From the NCBI GenBank assembly GCA_025594325.1, contig JANHCV010000012.1, positions 1 through 64,000 on the forward strand: a stretch of DNA of 64,000 nt, read 5' to 3'. The translations under genes were made by a program, and so were the position numbers. Below, piece after piece: positions 50,201-61,444 of the stretch; the stretch's first letter is position 1; the number at the start of each line of letters is the position of its first letter. Origin of the DNA: Blastocladiella emersonii ATCC 22665 (lineage: Eukaryota > Fungi > Blastocladiomycota). The notes beneath the pieces are model-generated. The model did no database searches. It was not told the origin of the DNA and saw only the letters and a list, made by a program, of their open reading frames with translations.

Positions 50201-53200
50201 TAGGTCTCAAGGAACCACGCCTGGTACGCGTGGGGGTCCGCCGAGTGGAGCACGTGGCCCACGGTGCTGGAGCGATCACACGAGAGACCCTTGAACGAGT
50301 AGTCTTCCGTGCGCCCGGCCTCGGTGGAAATCACCACGCTCGACGAGAGGGCTGCCGCATACTCGGAGGAAATCGCGCGAGCGTCCACGGTCACCGGGAC
50401 GTGGGAGAGGAGGTGGAAGAGGTCGATGGAGCGGGAGACCAGGTCAGTCGAGACCTCAAAATGCTCCATAATGGGCGCAGCGCACGAGGTGCACACGGCC
50501 GAGCCGTTGGCGTAGTCGATCGGGTTGAGGGCCTGGGACAGGTTGCACTGGGCGCACTCCGAGACAGGGGCGGCGAGAAGCGCGGGCGGCTGCAGCTCGA
50601 ACCCGAGACCAGACGACTGCCACGACTCCGTGGCTACCTTGATGTCCGCAGGCGAAGACGTGATGGCGCGGGCCAGGAGGTGCGAAATTTTGGCGAGATC
50701 GTCAGACGAGAGCCCGAACTGCTCGGCGTCGTGCGCGAACGACGCAGCGTCGGACATGTGCGCCGTAGCAACAAAGGCCACGTCAACAGGCGGAACGCTC
50801 GTGGCAGCGAGCTTCTTCGAGGCGACGCTCTTGAGGTACACAAGGTACCGGCGCACGGCGGCGCTGATGAAGACGCGGTCGTAGTAGAGCGTGGCGTGCT
50901 GCTGCAGGTAACCACGGATCGCGGGGAGGGCCTCGATGACACACGAGTCAAGGGCAGGAACGGCCGAAGACTGGGCGGCCGATGTCAAGACGCTGGTACT
51001 GCGCTCAACAGCCTCAAAGGTGTCCAGGCTGTCGACCTCAACCTTGATGGCGACACACGGAACAGCGGCCTGCGACGCGATGGGAGCCGCGGGCTGCTCC
51101 TCGGCAAAGGTCTCGGAGAGCTCGACTCCGTGGAGGGCGGCAAACTGCGCGGCAAAAGCGATCGGGTCGGAGGCAGCAATGATCTCGCCGATGGCCGCCT
51201 TGGGCGACTGAGTGCCGAGCGCGTACAGCTCGGTGGGCGCGCCGTCCTGGCCGCTGACGAGCACGTGCATGCGCGCATACTGGGTGTACGCGGCGTTGAG
51301 CTCCTCGGCGGTCCACTCCTCGGACACGGTACAGAGCTTCTGGAATAGCTCGAGCGCCGTCGGGACGAGGTCCACGGACAGGACGCGCTCCTCGCGGATG
51401 GTGGCGGAGCACGCGACGCACTCGGCCGACCCGTTGGCGTAAGCGGCAGCATCGACGGACTGCGCCGTCTGGCACGACAGGCATGTCACATGCGGCGGCG
51501 CGATGAGGGCGGGCACGGACAGCTCGAAGCCGAGGTTGGTGGCTGTCGCCCACGCGACGGAATCGGTCTTGCCGTTGAAGGCGCGGCCGAGCGGGTCGGC
51601 GAGGGCGGCGAGCTGGGCCTTGGAGATGCCGAACTTGGCCATGTCGTGGGCGAATGCGGCCGGGGCGGCGGTCATGTGCGCGAGCATCATCATGGCGACA
51701 TCGACGGGGGGAACCATGCCCGTGTCACAGCCGACGGCGACGGCGCGCAGGTACTTGATGTAGCGGCGAATCGCGGTCGTGATGAAGACGCGGTCCGTGT
51801 AGATGGTGGCGCGCTGGATCAGGTACTGCTTGACGATGCGCAGCGTCTTGATAGTGAGAGTGCGCGTCGTCGTGACCGTGGTCTTGGTCGTGGCGGTCGA
51901 GCGGGCAGCGCCGGCGGCGGGCGCGAGCGCGGTGAGCGACACGCCAAAGTGGGTCTCGAACCACGACTGGTACTCGGCGGGGCGCTGGGTGTGGACGAGG
52001 TGGCCCGCGGCGACAGCCTCGTCACGCGTCGCAATCGAGTAGAGCTCCTTGTCGCCCGAGTCATTGGTCACGATCACGGCCATGTCCATGTACCGTGCGT
52101 ACGCGTCCTGGGCAACGGCGGCGGGGACGGTCTCGAAGGCGCGCAGCTGCCCGGCGTACGCGGCGGTCGCGGAGGCGAGGTCGACCGAGAAGTTGGCGGC
52201 CAGCGCATCGGCAGGGAGATGCTTCTCAACCTGCGACCAGGCGGCAGCCGCCTCCTTGGTGTCGGCAGCAGTCGCGCGAACGAGGACATTGTCGGCAGCG
52301 GCAACGATGCGCTCACGGGCGGGGCCGTCAACGGCGATGGCCGACACGTCACGCTGGAACGCGTCGGGCTGCGCCGCGTGCGCGCTCATGACCACGGCCA
52401 CATCAACGGGCGGCGTGGGAGCGCTTGACGCGGCGGCGGCGCCAGCGGCAGCAGCCGTGGCGGAGCCCGAGTTCAGGAAGTGCAGGAACTGCTTGTAGCG
52501 GGCGACGGCAGCGGACACCGCACCCGACTCGGCAACGGCGGCGTGGACCTTGGCCGACGCGAGCTTGAGCTCAGCAAAGTTCTGGCTGGTCACGGAGCGC
52601 AGGACAGGGTTCTTGTCCATGCGCACCTCCTCCTGGAGGTCTTTGCCCTCCTCGACGAGGACGTCGTCGAGGTTGGTGACGTGCGACACCTCGGCGACCG
52701 GGGCCGAGCGGCGCAGGCGGAGCGGGCGGCCGCGGACCGTGTCCCAGTGGTGGTAGTTGATGCCGACGTCCTGCATGACGAGAGCGACCGTGTGGTGGTC
52801 GGCGACGTCGCCGTACATGGCGCGCGAGGCCGCCACGTAGTGGTTGGGCCAGAGGGAGTGCGTGAGGTAGGCGAGGACGACGTCGGCGGTCCAGTCCTGG
52901 GGCTCGAGGTGGTGGACGGACTCGTTGCCGCTGGCGTCGGTCACGAAGATGGACCGGCGCAGGGACTGGGTGCGGTACGTGTCAGCGGCCTTGGTCTTGG
53001 CGGCCGCGTCGAGGTGCAGCTCGGTGAGGACCGAGAGCACCGACGCGCGCCACGTCTGGACCGTGCGGACGAGGTCGACCGAGAACATGGCGAAGGCCGT
53101 GTAGACCTGCGGGTCGCGCATGAGCAGGAGCTGCTGCTTGTTGATGGTGCGCCAGCACACGTTGCACTCGACGGCCTTGTCGCCCATGCGCAGCTTGATG

Positions 53201-55984
53201 AAGTCGGCGACCTCGATCGGGCGGTAGCTGCAGCACGTCGGGCACTGGAGGAGCCACGCGTGCTCGACCACGTCGGCGTTGTGCAGCAGGACGTAGGGCA
53301 TGCCGGTGAACTGCTCCCACGCGTTCTGGGACGACGCGTCAATGTGGCGCGTGAGGGTCTGGACCAGGAACCGGCGCAGCGGGAACGGCGTGAGCAGGAT
53401 GCGCGGCACCTCGGACTCGCCGAAGATGGCCTTGAGGTCGCGCATGTACGAGGGCGTGTGCGACAGGTGGTTGTACCACACGAGGAGCACGTCGACGGGC
53501 GGCATCACGTCGTGCGCGTTGGTGCCGGGCGTGCCGAGCATGACGAGCCAGGCGTAGTAGCGGCGCTCGGCCTTGAGGAGGTACAAGGTGTCGACCTTGC
53601 CCTCGGTGTTCTTGTCCTGGTGGCGGGCCAGCGACAGGTGCGAGGCGAACGAGGACAGGAGGTCGAGGTGCGCGTCCATGGCCTCGGCCGAAAGCAGCGA
53701 GTCCCACGACTCGGACTCGTCGACGGCGCCGGGCACGTTGACGGTCACGGTGCGCGTATTCTTTTTGGTCGACTCGAACATGGCGCGCAGGGCCTGGACC
53801 GAGGGGCCCTTGATCTTGGGCGAGGCCGCGGCGACAGCCTTGCCGGCGGGCGTCACCGAGAGCGCCTGCACCTGCTGCTCGAGCTTGTCGAGGTCCTTGG
53901 CCACGTTGGCGAGCGACGGCTTCTTCTGGACCGTGGCGCCGGCCGCCGCGGCAGCGGTGGCCGTCGTGACGGCAGTGATGACCGAGGCGGCGACCGTCGC
54001 GGTGGCGCTGTCGGCAGCGGCGACCTGGGCCACATCCTTGGAGGCGGTGGCGATAGCGGCAATCTCGCGCTGCTCGGACACGCTGCCCGAGGCGGCGGGC
54101 TCGCCAATCACGTGGACGTGGATGTCGTCGATGCTGGCCGAGGCCATGGTGGCGGCAGCGGCGTAGAGGCGCATCTGGTGCTGCTGGGCGACGAGCGAGA
54201 GGGCGACGGCGTCCTGGTTGAGGATGACGATCTTGGCGAAGCGCTCGAGCGAGTAGTCGAGGTAGGCCTGCGGGGTGAGCAGCGAGGTCCAGTAGGCGAG
54301 GAGGACGTCGGCCTCGACGGCGAGGGCCTTGGAGCTGTCCTCGCGGGTTGCAGCGGTGGTGAGGAGGTGGCGCAGGACAACGGCGAGCTCGGAGGCGCTC
54401 TTGGCCGAGTAGACGGCAACGCGAGCGGCGCTCGACGACTTGCCAGCAGCAGCCTCGGTCTGGGCCTGGTCCTCGGCTTCATCCTCATCAAAGTGGGCGA
54501 GCACGGTGCGGACCTGGGCGGCGACAAAGGGCAGCGAGACGGCAAAGTCGATGGAGAAGCGCAGCAGCGGGATGTGCGAGCGCTTGTCGAGGTCGTCGGA
54601 GAGGTAGACGGCGAGCGAGGCAGCCGTGAGCGAGCGGCGGCAGCCCGAACAGACGACGGCAGCGGCGGCGGAGGAGGCGTTCTCGGCGAGCGGGGTGGCG
54701 GGCTCGGAGACGGTGTCGGGCTCGATCTTGGCGTAGCTGTCGGCCGAGACGACGTTGACGGTGGCGCAGTCGGGACAGGCGACGGTGACGCGGGTCTTGG
54801 GGGCGGGGCCCCAGGTGAAGCCGGTGAAGGACTCCCAGGCGAGCTGGTCCTCGGCCTTGATGTCGGCCGAGCTGGCGGTCGGGAAGGGGAGGCTCAGGAG
54901 CTGGTCGCGCACGTCCTGGCCAAAGAGGGCGCAGATGTCGTCGGCGTAGCGGGCCACGTCGCACACGACGTGGGCGTACCACATGGCGCGGACGTCGGGC
55001 GGCGGGACGGGGAGGTGGTCGGCGAGGGCGGCGCCGAGGGCGAGGCCACCCAGCTCGCGGTGGAGGGCGGTGGCGCGGGTGGCGAGCAGGGTGAGCCAGG
55101 CGTAGTAGCGGTCCTCGAGGGCGACGAGGTGGCTGGCGAGGAAGCGCTGGGTGGAGAACTCGGCCGTGGAGACGAGCAGGCGCAGGAGGCGCAGGTGGTC
55201 GTTGAGGGCGGCGGCCGAGAGGCCGAGCGAGGGCGAGGCGGCGGCGGTGCCGAGCGAGGCGATCTGCGAGATGATGGGAGAGCGCGGCACGTTGGCAAGG
55301 TTGAGCGGGAGCGGGCGGGCCGAAGAGCGGCGGGCCGACGACTCGGCGAAGCTCGAGGCCATGCGGTCGACGGCGGACTGCTCGCGCGACGACTCGTCAA
55401 ACTAGCGGGGATGGGTGTGTGGTGTCAGTGTCAGTGGCGGTCGTTTGGGTCGGGTTGCAATGACAGCAAGCATACCAACGGCGAGTCCGGGACCTTGGTC
55501 AGGACGGGGGCGTCGCCCTCGGCGGCCGACGCGAGGACGGGCGTGGCGGCATCGGCCGAGGCGGCAGCGGCCGTGTCGATGGAGAGGGACTTGGCGGCGG
55601 TAGCGGTGGTGGTCGTCGCAGACGACGTGGAGGTAGTGGTGGTCGGCACGGCCGCGGGGGCCTCAACGGCGGCGGCGGCGGGGCGCGGGATCGGGGTCTT
55701 GACGATGATCTTCTTGACGTGGATGATCTTCTTGCGCAGGATGGAGCCGTCGGGCTGGACCGTCTCGACGATCTCCTCGGTGCGCACCTCGCGCGGCTCG
55801 CTGTAGGTGAAGTTGGGGTCGCGCACGAAGCCGGCCGCCTGGTCGGTAATAATGCCGGGCAATCAGGCGGTGGGTTGCGCGCTGCGAGTGAGTAACCGCG
55901 CCGTCACCGCGGCCCACGCGGGGCCACTTTCGGGGCAGAACAACGTACCGGAGCGGGCGCGGCGGGCGGCGGCGACGAGGACAT
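44296..55984 (-). CDS. Giant (about 3834 aa) protein with about 11 tandem GRDP/DUF1399-like modules, many with CxxC...CxxC insertions. Exon model: 55984-55949, 55838-55476, 55401-44296
   Basis: The 3688-codon ORF is uninterrupted with strong GC3 bias. A RY..(W/F/Y)L...PP.DV...AH motif recurs. The C-terminus RYAKFMQLL...LVPAIDILLAHRCHLLDPLAYKKYC...FG...LWSQKY matches the GRDP-like consensus as I recall it. The ATG is in GCCACCATG context. Two phase-0 introns (GTACGT...CTGAT...CAG, 110 bp; GTATGC...CTGAC...TAG, 74 bp) join the exons in frame. Confidence 0.88.
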
Positions 55985-56619
55985 GGTGGCGGGTGGCGGG
56001 CGTCGGCGCGGGCGGGCGAGCAGGCGTCGGTCGGTCGCGGGCGGGATCAGGGCCGGGATGCGGTGCTCGGGGAGGTGTACGGATACAGTTTCTATGCGGA
56101 GGAGGCCTCGGGTCTGGCTCTCGCACCCACGGCGGGCGGCGGCTGCGGCTTCAGTCTAGCTGGTCAGGACTTGACCCCGGGCGAGCGCAGGCGGCGGTCT
56201 GGCGGCTCGGGTCGTCAGCGTCGCGGGTTGCCTCGGCAGGCGGGTGCTCTCGGCAACGCACAGAGTGTTGAGTCTCGGGTGACGAGAGTCGAGGTCGCGG
56301 TGCCTCGAGCAACTTGGCGAGCGGGGAGAAGTCGTCGAGAGCGGCGGTGGCGAGCTTCAGCCACTCGCGCAAGCTCTCGCAAACGAAAAGCACACAAGGA
56401 ACTGTATCGGCTCTAAGTGTGGCCTCACGTGATTGTCTCGCATCCCGATCTGGCGCCCGGACGCGCGCGGCGGATAACTCGCATCGAATTTTCACCTCAT
56501 CCGCGCCCTACACTCAGCGCCGACTCGATTCGACGCACTGCACCCGTTATAAAGGGCGCCCGCGCCCCTGCCCTTTCTCCCGCTGGCAACACGCACTCGC
56601 TCATTGCAACGTAGCTACC
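55985..56619. promoter_or_regulatory. Divergent (bidirectional) promoter region between the giant GRDP gene and the ABCG gene; TATAAA at 56548-56553
   Basis: The two ATGs are head-to-head, 635 bp apart. A TATA-like hexamer lies about 70 bp upstream of the ABCG ATG. Function is inferred from position only. Confidence 0.5.
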
Positions 56620-58820
56620 ATGACTGGACACCCAGCCACCACCGACGTGGCCCCGGCCCACCACGCCGTGGCCGTCGACGTCGACGACGTGCGCGCCGCC
56701 GACACCAAGCGCGCGCCCGACGCCGCCGCCTCGACCTCCATCCCCGAGCTGCCCGTCGAGAACCGCATCAACATCGCCTTCGACGAGCTGGGCTTCACCA
56801 TCAAGATTGGCAGCGGTAAGAAGGCCTACGACCGCGAGGTCCTCAAGGGCATTGCTTCCTCCTTCAAGGCCGGTCGCCTCACCGTCATCATTGGGGCGAG
56901 CGGGAGTGGTAAAACCAGTTTGTTAAACGCCATTGCCGGCGAGGCCAAGATTGGCGCCATCTCGGGCAACCTGTACCTCAACGGCAAGCGCTCAACGGGC
57001 GCCGAGATCAAGCGCGTCTCGGCGTTTGTCCACCAGGAGGACGTCATTCTTGGCACGCAGACTGTCCTCGAGGCCGTGACCATGGCCGCCAAGCTCCGCC
57101 TTCCCCACGACATGCCCGAGGCCGAGCGCATGCGCCGCGTCGATGAGACCATCTCTATGCTCGGACTCGACAAGTGCAAGCACTCGCTCATCGGCACGGC
57201 CACCATGAAGGGCATTTCGGGCGGCGAGAAGAAGCGCGTGTCGATGGCCATGGAGCTCATCTCGAATCCACCAGCAATCTTCCTCGACGAAAGTACTAGC
57301 GGTTTGGACTGCTTCAACGCCTGGTCCGTCGTACGCCTGCTCAAGGACCTCGCAATCAGTGGCCGAACGGTTGTCGCGACGCTCCACCAACCGTCGTCCG
57401 AGATCTTCCACATGGTCGACGACCTTTGCATCGTCTCCCAGGGCGAGATCATGTACTATGGCCCTGCCGAAGAGTCCGTGCCCTACTTTGCTCGTGCTGG
57501 TTACGCTTGCCCTCAATACTCGAACCCGGCCGACTACTTCTTCATGGACATCCTCAACACGACCAGCGCCGGCTCGGGCACCGGTCCTTACTCGCCCGAG
57601 GACCGTATCCCTCGCCTTCTCGAGGCGTGGAAAGCTTCATCCGAGAACGCTGCAGTGCTCAAAGAAATTGCCCAGCCGCCGCGGAGCGACGGCATTACGC
57701 GCGCGTCCTTCAAGTACGTGCCGCGCTTCACGGAGCAGTTCGCCGTTTTACTCGGTCGCGCTGGCAAGAACGCCTTCCGCAACAAGCTTATCATCAAGGC
57801 CAAGCTCGGTCAATCCCTGTTCATGGCGGTGCTACTCGGGCTCCTGTACCTCAATATCCCGGGTCGCAAGGCCGCGACGCAGATTCAGGACCGGTCCGGC
57901 GTGCTCTTCTTCCTCGCTGTCAACCAAGTGATGGGTGGTGCCATGGGCATCCTCTCGGTCTTCTCCGCCGAGAAGCAGGTCTTCCAGCGCGAGTACGGTG
58001 CTGGCTACTATCGACTCCCCGCCTTCTTCTTCTCCAAGATGGCCGTCGAGTTCCCCTTCCAGCTCGCCATGCCAGCGCTTCTCGTGGCGATCCTGTACTG
58101 GATGGTCGGTCTCCAGAACGATGCGGGCAAGTTCATCATCACGATTGTCGTTACCATCGCCATGGCGCTTTGCGGCACGGCCATTGGCACGCTTGCCGCG
58201 TGCGCCTTCGACGACCTGAGTGTCGCGCTGACTATCGTGCCGGTACGCGACTTTTTTCTGAATCTACTACCACGATCGACCACTGACTCGGATTTCTTCC
58301 TCCGCGTAACTTCTACAGCTGCTCCTCTTGCCGGTACGCATATTACCTCGTAATCGTCCTCAATGATGGAGCGTGACTGACTCTTCGCGATTCGGACCTC
58401 GTCCTCGCCATCATTCCAAAGTTGATGTTGGTTTCGGGCTTGTTTGCGTCAAAACTACCCGCATTCATCGATTGGCTCAAATATCTCAGCCCAATGAAAT
58501 TCGGCTTCACGGCGCTTGTGAAAAACGAATTTTCGGGCCTGGTGATCTGCCCGACGGCCGACGACACGCCGCAGGCTCGGGCGCGCGGTTGCACGGCTGG
58601 CGAGGACGTGATTACCAACCTCAACCTCGACGACCAGGGTTCCGTGGTTGTCAACCTCATTGTCATGTTCGCGCTCTGGGCGGGTCTCCTCATTCTCTCC
58701 TACCTCGCGCTCTGGCGCGTCGTCAGCTCTGCCAAGAACATTGACTTTTCCGCGCCCGACAAGAAGAAGAAGGGAGCCAAGGACGACGCTCCTCTGCTCA
58801 CTGGCGTCTCGGCTCAGTAG
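56620..58820 (+). CDS. ABCG (White-like) half-transporter, about 678 aa. Exons 56620-58242, 58319-58333, 58422-58820
   Basis: Walker A GASGSGKT, Q-loop FVHQED, signature ISGGEKKR, Walker B IFLDESTSGLD and H-loop TLHQP are present, followed by a six-helix-type TMD with WLKYLSP...NEF. Two GTACGC...AG introns (76 and 88 bp) flank a 15-nt microexon and restore the frame. Confidence 0.95.
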
Positions 58821-58884
58821 ATCTCGCTCGTCTGCCCTTGTTGATTTTCCCCGGCCGTGGCCTTTGTTTCCTCGCAATCCGTGC

Positions 58885-58890
58885 AATAAA
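58885..58890 (+). terminator. Putative polyadenylation signal AATAAA of the ABCG gene
   Basis: Canonical hexamer 65 bp after the TAG, in a T-rich 3' region. Confidence 0.45.
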
Positions 58891-59528
58891 CTCTGTTATG
58901 CTTACCGAACCAGCAATTCCTTTGGATCACATGCGAGACATTAGTGTAGTCATGCTTCAGTGAGCATGTACGCCGCCTCTTGAGCGACTTTCGATGGTCG
59001 CAGACAGACAGAATGAAGTGGCGCCGAGCAACACACGCTCTCTGACCCTGGCACTCCAAGAACCGCAGGAATTTACAGGAACTCTAACACCAGCCGAAGC
59101 GGACATGGGGAGTGTCGCGGGCGAAGGTCGAAACACGCGCCGCGCCACGCACGTGGTCGCTGATCAAGAATTGATGGTTTGATCCCGTCAAGATTCCTGG
59201 TCCGGAGCAACCCACGGATTCCAGAATAGTGAGCTCCAGGCCCGCTGACGTACGCAAGAACGGGCGGGGAAAAGTTGTTGTGTGTAGGACGTCGAATCGT
59301 GGACGTCTCATTCAACCACTCGAATGGCTAACCACGAACCTAGTACCAGGTGGATGACTTGACAAACGAGCAGTAAACAGAATGGACCGCCTGACGCTGT
59401 ATCGACTGGGGCGAGGTTCCAACGACAGAGGCTGATCAAAGCTTGATCATGGTCGCGTGTGTGGCGCGGCGCGTCAGCTGTGAGGACATCGCTCTTGATC
59501 CCCCGACCATTTTGTCACTCCAGTCACC

Positions 59529-59544
59529 ACGCGTCGCGACGCGT
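59529..59544. promoter_or_regulatory. Perfect 16-bp palindrome ACGCGTCGCGACGCGT containing two ACGCGT (MCB-type) boxes
   Basis: Read directly. It lies in the intergenic gap upstream of the PARI-like locus. ACGCGT is the established fungal MBF G1/S element; function here is inferred. Confidence 0.4.
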
Positions 59545-59706
59545 TTTGGTCGTTCTCGCATTATCTTCTGTGCATGATCCCAAAACGGGGGAACTCAAGG
59601 CCGTCGCGTTCCATTAGTGCTTTGCACAACTGAATCAACTGGCACAACCTGACCGTCACCAGGAACTTTGTTTTGACGGCCTAGCCGGCAACCTAACATC
59701 CACTAG

Positions 59707-60963
59707 CGTTAACAGTTACGTCGCCAAGTCGCTCACGTCCTTGCACAACATGCACGCCCTCCTCAAACCGGCCAGGAATCTGCGTGAGCGCAAGGCCAAC
59801 TCGGCGGTGCCACTTTCGCTCTCTATCAGCAGTCGGTGATAAATGCGAGATCGAGCAGGAGGACGATAAAATTGCCGACGAGTGCATCGAGGTCTTAAAT
59901 CACAGGACTACCACCGACAAGGACGCAATCAGCGATCACTATATGCTCCACTCCAACGAGCTTGAGTTGCCCTCGTTCTACGACTTGATCCGGTACTGTC
60001 GAGAGGAGCCTATCAAGGTCACGTCGCCACACGAAGCAGCCGTTCCCTGGAGGCAATACCGAAGACGGCGACGCGGCGTGCGCCGAGCGTGGTTGCCAGG
60101 CCGAGCCGTAGTTCAATTCCCGGCATATTCTGAAGCGGGAAAGCTCAGCTCCGATGGATCAACTACTTCCGCGACCATGTGAAAATGTCGCCCGGCAAGC
60201 TGGTTTAAGATTTGGATGCCGACAACAGCGCGAGGCTTCAGCAAGTGGATCTTTGACGTGTCGGAGGTACTGGTATGGAGAACGACAACGAGGGTGACGG
60301 TGAGATCATACCCGTCCGGCATCGCGCAAGAAGCTTACGACAACGAGCGGTCCTGCACGAGATCCTGTCGATCATCCCCAAAAACGACCAGCACGCGGCC
60401 ATGCTCCTCATGTCGGCAGTAGACTACGGACCGCTCTCGAACTCAAACACGCCTATACCTGCTGCGCCACTCGAGCCTAGCCAGGAGCTGCTCAAGATCG
60501 ACTCAGATCCCGCGTGGTTCGCACAACTCGTCAACTACTTTGTTTGATCTGGCCAAGAAGGCCGAGCAGAATGGCCGTCGCTTGGCAGCAGAACTTGCAA
60601 CTGTGCCGCCTCGAGCCCGAGTCGTCGGCGGAGATGGCAGTGTCGCATCACCTGCCACCTTAGTACAGCTTTTGAAGCAGGAGCAGCCTGCTCCGTACCT
60701 TCGGAGGCTCAACGTCGAAGAGCGCTGCGTCGTCAAGCACGTGGAGTCGACGCTCGATACTATTGAGCGCGCAACGACGCTGACATCGAACAGCTCCTCG
60801 CGAACATTCACGGCGAGGCGGCCACGAGCAAGAGTCGCGTCTCACATAAGTTCGATAAAACGGTTGATGCCCAATCGGTTATAAGACAGCGAGGCAAACT
60901 CACAATGAGGGGCTCGTAAAGGTTTAACAGCCTCGTCAGACTCGCTGTATTGACTACTTTTAA
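59707..60963 (+). CDS. Fragmented, intron-rich or decaying gene; candidate PARI/PARPBP-like (PCNA-interacting partner) protein. Start not resolved
   Basis: Protein-like blocks occur in colinear order: LLGDKCEI, DHYMLHSNELELPSFY, VLHEILSIIPKNDQHAAMLLMSAVDYG, SDPAWFAQLVNYFV-DLAKK, TLVQLLKQE. A putative last exon after tttaacag reads PRQTRCIDYF*, resembling a terminal PIP box. Splice signals include CTAAC...CTAG at 59706 and GTGAGC at 59784. The resemblance is from memory only, and several frame breaks are unexplained. Confidence 0.4.
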
Positions 60964-61444
60964 TAGCATTACGCTATCCGAGAGAAAGTTTTCCGTCGGA
61001 ACGGCCGTTTACGCATGGCCTCTCATGCCCCGGACAAGGCCACGGAGGGTGTGTCGTGCCGAATCCATTCTTGTAACGGTTGAGAGAAGTTTCATAGGCA
61101 CCCTTGTTGAACGCAGAGTTCCCAAGTGGTCAACCCCAACCCCAACCCTGTTACCCGTATGAAACTTGGCGCTTTGGCCCAAGTATCGTCGAGCTAGCAG
61201 CATAAGATCACGCCTGCGGCCATTGGCAATGCGTTGGCCGTCATTGCGGTAAGTTAAAGCTAGCCACGACATGCATCTGATTCATGGTCTGCGACGAAAC
61301 GTCGCCGTCGAGGGCCGCCGCGAAAGCAGCGGCACACGAGGAATCGCCTCACGTGATGCTGAACGACGCGTCTCTGGCGGCCTGCGAGTGGTCCGCCACC
61401 GCGCACTTTTGGTTCAACTGGGGCAGCCGTTAAGCAATAAAATC

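Noticed and set aside
40201-55806. Long plus-strand ORFs (e.g. 52480-55806, 46549-47970, 44095-45186, 43356-44231)
   Set aside because: They are antisense shadows of GC3-biased minus-strand genes, and the translations lack motifs.
56314-56619. N-terminal extension of the ABCG ORF from the track start at 56314
   Set aside because: That start is non-ATG and the extension is not codon-biased. The ATG at 56620 has good context and a TATA-like box upstream.
58900-59500. Short ORFs and the TGATCAA-agc-TTGATCA inverted repeat at about 59433
   Set aside because: There is no coding signature, and a 7-bp inverted repeat is within chance expectation.
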